64,000 nucleotides of DNA from Bdellovibrionales bacterium. GTDB taxonomy: Bacteria; Bdellovibrionota; Bdellovibrionia; Bdellovibrionales; JAGQZY01. Under the pieces are notes generated by a model. It made no database searches. It saw only the letters and a list, made by a program, of their open reading frames with translations, and was not told where the DNA came from. This document shows positions 59,196 to 64,000 of this stretch, one piece after another. Position 1 is the stretch's first letter, and each line of letters opens with the position of its first letter. Made by a program: the position numbers and the translations under genes. The DNA is taken from contig CAXRHT010000002.1 in NCBI GenBank assembly GCA_964230645.1, positions 1,664,001 to 1,728,000 of the forward strand. Direction: 5' to 3'.

Positions 59196-61079
59196 GTGAC
59201 GATGGCCATTAAGCAATTGACCGAGCAGCAGATCCGCGAGTGGACTCTTGAACAAAAAGACCAGTGGTGGCTCGATAATGTTTATCGTGGAAATATGCGC
59301 CAGCTTACTGTGCGCTCGGCAATCACTGGAGCACTACTGGGCTCGGTACTGAGCCTCACAAACCTTTACATCGGTATTAAAACAGGCTGGACACTGGGAG
59401 TGGGAATCACTTCAGTGATTCTATCTTTTGCTGTTTTTAAAATTCTATCAAGCCTCAAGCTCGGTGACGAAATGACCGTGCTTGAAAACAATGCCATGCA
59501 AAGTATTGCAACAAGTGCAGGATATATGACCTCACCTCTTATGGCGTCTCTTCCCGCCTATATGATGGTTACAGGACGTGTGATCCCAATGTGGGAAGCT
59601 TATTGGTGGATGGTGGTCCTTGGACTTCTTGGAGCCCTTTTCGCTTTTCCGCTTAAAAAACGCTACATCAACGATGAGCAACTCCCCTTCCCCGAAGGCT
59701 ACGCCGCCGGAGTGGTGCTTGAAAACCTCCATGAATCTGACGGTAAAGAGGGAATGATGAAAGCCAAGATCTTGGGACTTGGAGCGGGTGTCGCGGCACT
59801 CATAGAATTCCTTAGAACCGAAGCCGTGCTCGCTAAAATGGGATTGAAGTTTTTAGCACTCCCCGCTCACTGGGATGATTTCATTTATAAATTTGCCACA
59901 CCAAAAATTGGAGGCATTCCCCTAAGAGAACTTACCATTAGCCTTGATACCTCGATCGTCATGATGGGTACCGGAATGCTGATGAGTATCCGAGCCACTG
60001 GATCAATGCTCATTGGAGCCATTCTCAACTATTTTATTTTGGCTCCTATTATGATTAACCGCGGAGTGATTGAAGGCACTGGTTTTAAAAATATCACAAT
60101 GTGGGCCCTTTGGGGTGGGGCTGCGATGATGACCTCAGCTTCTCTATATTCTTTCTTTGCTTCGGGAAACACCTTCTCAAGTATTCTGGAGCTTTTTAAT
60201 CGTAAAAAAGAAAAGAAAGTAAAAAAGAAAGACATCCTTGAGGATATCGAACTTCCACGAAAAGTGTCTTACATTGGTGTACCTATTCTTTCCATCATCA
60301 TTATGTTTATGGGTAAAGCTTTCTTTGATATTGATTACTGGCTCTCGGCCGTCGCTATTCCTCTTGTCTTTATGTTCTGTATTATGGCCGTAAAGTCCAC
60401 AGGGGTGACAGCGATTACTCCCGGTGGCGCTCTCGGGAAAATGACTCAGGTCACATACGCCCTTTTAGCTCCCGGCAATATGGGAACGAACCTCATTAGT
60501 GCAGGAATCACCAGCGAAGTTTGCCTAAGTGCCTCAAACCTTCTGATGGATATAAAGCCTGCCTATATGCTCGGAGGAAAACCTCGTCACCAGGCGATTG
60601 GTCATGCCATTGGTATTTTTTGTGGAGGCCTTGTCGCAGTTCCCGTTTTTTATATGATGTTTGATGGCGACATTTCTAAATTCTCTACCGAACAATTCCC
60701 CATGCCAGGGGCGACTGTTTGGCGTGCCGTGGCTGAGGTGTTATCAAAAGGATTAACCGCCCTTCACCCAACAGCCCAGGTCGCTGTGATTATTGGAGCG
60801 GTGGCTGGTATTGTTTTTGAAATTTTGGGTAAAAAAACCAACGGACGCTTTCCCATTGTCCCGGTAGCTTTTGGAATTTCCTTTGTATTACCATTTCATA
60901 TTTCACTTGAGTTTTTTATTGGCTCTTTTATCTTTTGGCTCATGTCTCGTCGTCCTCAAGAAAAGAGAACCCCACGCTTTACCAGAGCATTTGATAATAA
61001 AGAAACCATTGGTGCGGGAATTATCGCTGGTGGTTCGATTGTAGGAATCGCGCTTCTGATTGCTGAAACTTCAATGTAA
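59196..61079 (+). CDS. OPT family oligopeptide transporter
   Basis: QLTVRS, NLYIGIKTG, LENN..QSIA, LPFPEG, F.MPGA.VW. Confidence 0.92.
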   Translation: MTMAIKQLTEQQIREWTLEQKDQWWLDNVYRGNMRQLTVRSAITGALLGSVLSLTNLYIGIKTGWTLGVGITSVILSFAVFKILSSLKLGDEMTVLENNAMQSIATSAGYMTSPLMASLPAYMMVTGRVIPMWEAYWWMVVLGLLGALFAFPLKKRYINDEQLPFPEGYAAGVVLENLHESDGKEGMMKAKILGLGAGVAALIEFLRTEAVLAKMGLKFLALPAHWDDFIYKFATPKIGGIPLRELTISLDTSIVMMGTGMLMSIRATGSMLIGAILNYFILAPIMINRGVIEGTGFKNITMWALWGGAAMMTSASLYSFFASGNTFSSILELFNRKKEKKVKKKDILEDIELPRKVSYIGVPILSIIIMFMGKAFFDIDYWLSAVAIPLVFMFCIMAVKSTGVTAITPGGALGKMTQVTYALLAPGNMGTNLISAGITSEVCLSASNLLMDIKPAYMLGGKPRHQAIGHAIGIFCGGLVAVPVFYMMFDGDISKFSTEQFPMPGATVWRAVAEVLSKGLTALHPTAQVAVIIGAVAGIVFEILGKKTNGRFPIVPVAFGISFVLPFHISLEFFIGSFIFWLMSRRPQEKRTPRFTRAFDNKETIGAGIIAGGSIVGIALLIAETSM

Positions 61080-61084
61080 AAAAG

Positions 61085-61111
61085 AAAGCCCCAGAGATTC
61101 TCTGAGGCTTT
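61085..61111. terminator. hairpin between convergent genes
   Basis: AAAGCCCCAGAG-ATT-CTCTGAGGCTTT. Confidence 0.7.
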
Positions 61112-61167
61112 AGTAAAAACTCTTACCCTGACAATAAAAGCTTTTCTCTTAATGGTGAAACTAAGAA

Positions 61168-61617
61168 TTACTTAGTTTCCGCTGCAGCCGTTTGAACAGG
61201 CTTTTTAGCTTCTTCTTTTTTGTCTTTGTTTTTTTGAAGCTTTTCAATGTTAGTTCCATCTATACATTTGTATCCAGAACCTTCAATGTTGCTTCGAATG
61301 TTTGAGAAAGCGTCATCACAAATAGAAGGTGTGCTTTCAGCCCACGCCACTTGCTTTTGGTCTCCAAATTTAGTGTAGCTAACTTCACAACGCTTTGACT
61401 CTTTATCTAAAGTCACAGTTCTTTTGTCTTTTCCGACAAGGCATGTGTATGTTTTAGACTTGGCTTGCTTGTCTGCTTCTTTTTTCTCTGCTTTTTTATC
61501 TACTTTCTTTTCCACTTTAGCCGATTTTGCTTCACCTTTATCAACAGCGGCCTGTTTGTGGGCACAAGCTGTAAAACCAAGAAAACCTACTAGAATAACA
61601 ATTGAACTGAATCTCAT
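61168..61617 (-). CDS. hypothetical lipoprotein
   Basis: FTAC lipobox; four further Cys (YTC..RCEV.YTK..C..GYKC); Lys-rich linkers. Confidence 0.75.
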   Translation of the reverse strand: MRFSSIVILVGFLGFTACAHKQAAVDKGEAKSAKVEKKVDKKAEKKEADKQAKSKTYTCLVGKDKRTVTLDKESKRCEVSYTKFGDQKQVAWAESTPSICDDAFSNIRSNIEGSGYKCIDGTNIEKLQKNKDKKEEAKKPVQTAAAETK

Positions 61618-61892
61618 TGAACTTTCTCCTTTGTAAAAAATATGAATCCTTAAAATTTGTGAGTTGCCTCACTTCAGCGTCTTAAGGAGCAGATTCTGTG
61701 CCAGCTCATCTGCAAATAAATTGGCCCAGACTGAGAGACTGACAAAACACGCAAAGGCCGTGTAAAGAACTTGGACGTTTCACTTTGATAAAATATTGCT
61801 GATTTACCAATAGTTTAGAAATGATAGGAGTGATAAAAGGACTAAACTTGCTAATAATTAGCAACTTTTAGAAAGGCAACTAAGGATAAAGC

Positions 61893-62492
61893 TTATTTTT
61901 TCCGAAAGACCAGCAGACGGTTGTTTGAGGGCATTTCGTGATCTTTCACTAGCTTGAAATTTCGTTTCTCAAGCTCGGATTCCACTTTCTCAAAGTCTTT
62001 GATCCCACTTTCAGGATCTCTTTCCTTGAGCCACTCCTCAAACTTCTTATTACTCTCTGAGGAGAAGTCCCCATTATAATTGAAAGCACCGTAAGCCATA
62101 AATAAGCCACCTGATGGAAGAGCTTTCTCAATGTCATCAAAAAATTGTAGGTCTTTTTCCCAGGAAACAATATGAAGAGTGTTTGAGGTGAAAATCACAT
62201 CACAATCAGTAATGGGCCATTCGGTCTCACCGATTGAGTACTCAATAGGCCCTTTGACGTTGGCTCTTGGAAAATCGTGCAACCAAGTCTTAATACCCTC
62301 GTGCCGGTCCGTCTGATCAAGTAGATACCACTCAAGTTCTGGAAAATGGGGCGCCATATAGATTGCGTGCTGACCGGTACCCGCACCCATTTCCACTAAT
62401 TTTTTGTGGTCCATTAGATACTCTTTGAGCACTTCAAGAATGGGAGCTGAATTTCGATCACAAGAGATAGCATATGGTTTTTCAGGTATCAT
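61893..62492 (-). CDS. DUF938 family SAM-dependent methyltransferase
   Basis: CDRN..PIL, EMGAGTGQHA, NTLHI, YGAF..G..SESN..F; start moved to MIPEKP. Confidence 0.9.
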   Translation of the reverse strand: MIPEKPYAISCDRNSAPILEVLKEYLMDHKKLVEMGAGTGQHAIYMAPHFPELEWYLLDQTDRHEGIKTWLHDFPRANVKGPIEYSIGETEWPITDCDVIFTSNTLHIVSWEKDLQFFDDIEKALPSGGLFMAYGAFNYNGDFSSESNKKFEEWLKERDPESGIKDFEKVESELEKRNFKLVKDHEMPSNNRLLVFRKK

Positions 62493-62571
62493 GAGAAAAT
62501 AGCTAACTAAATTCTCCCTAGATTTCAAGGAATCGTTTGACTCATATCCCCCCGACCTTTTTAATGACCCC

Positions 62572-62952
62572 ATGGCTACTGTTGAGATTACCAAAGACAA
62601 TTTTAGAAAAACCTATGAGGAAAATGACATTGTCATCCTCGATTTCTGGGCCTCCTGGTGTGGTCCTTGTATGAACTTTATTCCCGTCTACGAGAAAGTC
62701 TCAGAGGATTTTCCTGAAATCGTTTTTGGTAAAATTGATACCGAGATGGAAAAAGAACTGGCTCAACATTTCTCGATCCGCAGTATTCCGACCATTATGG
62801 TGATTCGTGGTGGCTACGAGGTTTTCTATCAGCCAGGAGCCCTATACGAAGAGCACCTTAGAGAGCTTATCCAAAAAGTTCAGGATCTTGATATGGATGA
62901 GGTCATAAAAAAGCTCGAGGCCCAAGATGCCGAAGATTCAGAATCAAAATAA
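62572..62952 (+). CDS. thioredoxin
   Basis: DFWASWCGPC, IRSIPT. Confidence 0.93.
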   Translation: MATVEITKDNFRKTYEENDIVILDFWASWCGPCMNFIPVYEKVSEDFPEIVFGKIDTEMEKELAQHFSIRSIPTIMVIRGGYEVFYQPGALYEEHLRELIQKVQDLDMDEVIKKLEAQDAEDSESK

Positions 62953-62970
62953 ATCAAGAAACCTTCTTCA

Positions 62971-64000
62971 TTAATCTAAACACAAATGCACAAACTTCAA
63001 ATACCGAAGTTCGTCACAAAAATGGGGGAAGGGATGATCGGGACCCTGACCTGAAACTCTTAAGATTCTTCCGGTCAAACGGGCTTGAGACAGGGCTTCG
63101 CTTATGATCTCTAAAAAATCGTTGAAAGAAATATGACTTGAGCAGCTTGAAAACACCAACTGCCCCTGAGGGGAAACCAGTTGGGAAGCCTTAGCGAAAA
63201 GATCCACATAGGATTTAACAGCACTTTTTTTATTTTTCTCCGAGTGGGTCATGGACGGAGGATCGACAATCACGATGTCCCAGGACTCAGTGGTTTCTCT
63301 AACAAAATCAAACACATCACAGGCTTTGGAAGAATGTCCTTTTGAATCTCCAAAAGTTTCAAGCCAGGATTCATTGGCTAATTCCAGGGCCTCTTTTGCT
63401 AAATCCACACTCAGAGTCTCTTTAGCTCCTCCAGCTCCTGCATAAAGGGAGAAGCCTCCGGTATAAGAGAACAAATTCAAGACGGTTTTATTTCGGCTCA
63501 AAGACTGGATGTATTTTCTATTTTCCCTTTGATCAAAAAAGAAGCCCGTTTTCTGCCCGTCGACAATGTTCACAAAGAAGGAATGCCCGTTTTCTTTAAT
63601 CAAAAGCTTTTCACTCTCAAGCTCTTTCCCCCATGTGCGTGGCTTTTTATCCTCGGACCTTCGGGGTTTAAAATAAACGGTATCGACATCAGTGTTTTCA
63701 ATGAGCCACTCGGCAATGAAATCCTGATCCCAAAACTCAAAACTACCCTCACCATCAAACTGTAAAACGGCCACTCGGTCGTAGAGATCGCACACAAGAC
63801 CCGGTAGACGATCCCCTTCGCCATTAAACAGCCGGTAGGAGTTGGTATCATCGGCATTAATAAAAGCTCGTCTTAAAGAGAAGGCCTGCCTCATGCGGGT
63901 TTCAAAAAAGTGCTTATTGGGTGGCTTTTTTTTGGTGGACAGAATACGAACAGCCAGTGGACTTTTGGCATCATAAAAGCCCCAGGCGAGAAATTGCCCC
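62971..64000 (-). CDS. RlmI-like class I SAM-dependent rRNA methyltransferase (5' end outside window)
   Basis: NGEGDRLPGL, GQKTGFFFDQRENR, LNLFSYTGGF, VDPP, SSCS; frame open to the window edge (GQFLAWGFYD...). Confidence 0.88.
   Translation of the reverse strand, partial: GQFLAWGFYDAKSPLAVRILSTKKKPPNKHFFETRMRQAFSLRRAFINADDTNSYRLFNGEGDRLPGLVCDLYDRVAVLQFDGEGSFEFWDQDFIAEWLIENTDVDTVYFKPRRSEDKKPRTWGKELESEKLLIKENGHSFFVNIVDGQKTGFFFDQRENRKYIQSLSRNKTVLNLFSYTGGFSLYAGAGGAKETLSVDLAKEALELANESWLETFGDSKGHSSKACDVFDFVRETTESWDIVIVDPPSMTHSEKNKKSAVKSYVDLFAKASQLVSPQGQLVFSSCSSHISFNDFLEIISEALSQARLTGRILRVSGQGPDHPFPHFCDELRYLKFVHLCLD

Noticed and set aside
61618..61892. Riboswitch or sRNA upstream of the lipoprotein gene
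   Set aside because: A GC-richer patch is present, but I could not fit a known aptamer consensus or a convincing stem set

Overview
Densely coding bacterial chromosomal window with about 60 CDS and no rRNA, tRNA, CRISPR array or transposase that I can support. Gene content suggests a predatory Bdellovibrionota (Bdellovibrio-like) genome; this is inference from a 2232-aa phage-tail-fibre-like surface protein, a zinc-finger-fused bacterial histone and a FQNC-type lipoprotein. Housekeeping and metabolic genes include map, icd, putA, apaG, a cold-shock protein, a thioredoxin, an ATM1-like ABC exporter, an OPT transporter and an RlmI-like methyltransferase. Main observations: (1) a 176-bp element with 49-bp inverted arms and three inner hairpins, next to a gene end whose synonymous sites are almost all C/A; (2) three clusters of REP-like palindromes built on GCGNAGC mini-hairpins and flanked by periodic truncated copies; (3) a tightly coupled five-gene operon (PA14 lipoprotein, sensor kinase, hybrid kinase, CheY-like receiver, Gly-rich surface protein) with no DNA-binding output; (4) a Zn-finger histone; (5) a cryptic secreted papain-like protease; (6) an ECF sigma factor that appears to need a non-AUG start; (7) a minimal Ser/Thr kinase-PP2C pair. 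All calls come from reading motifs by eye; no database searches were run.
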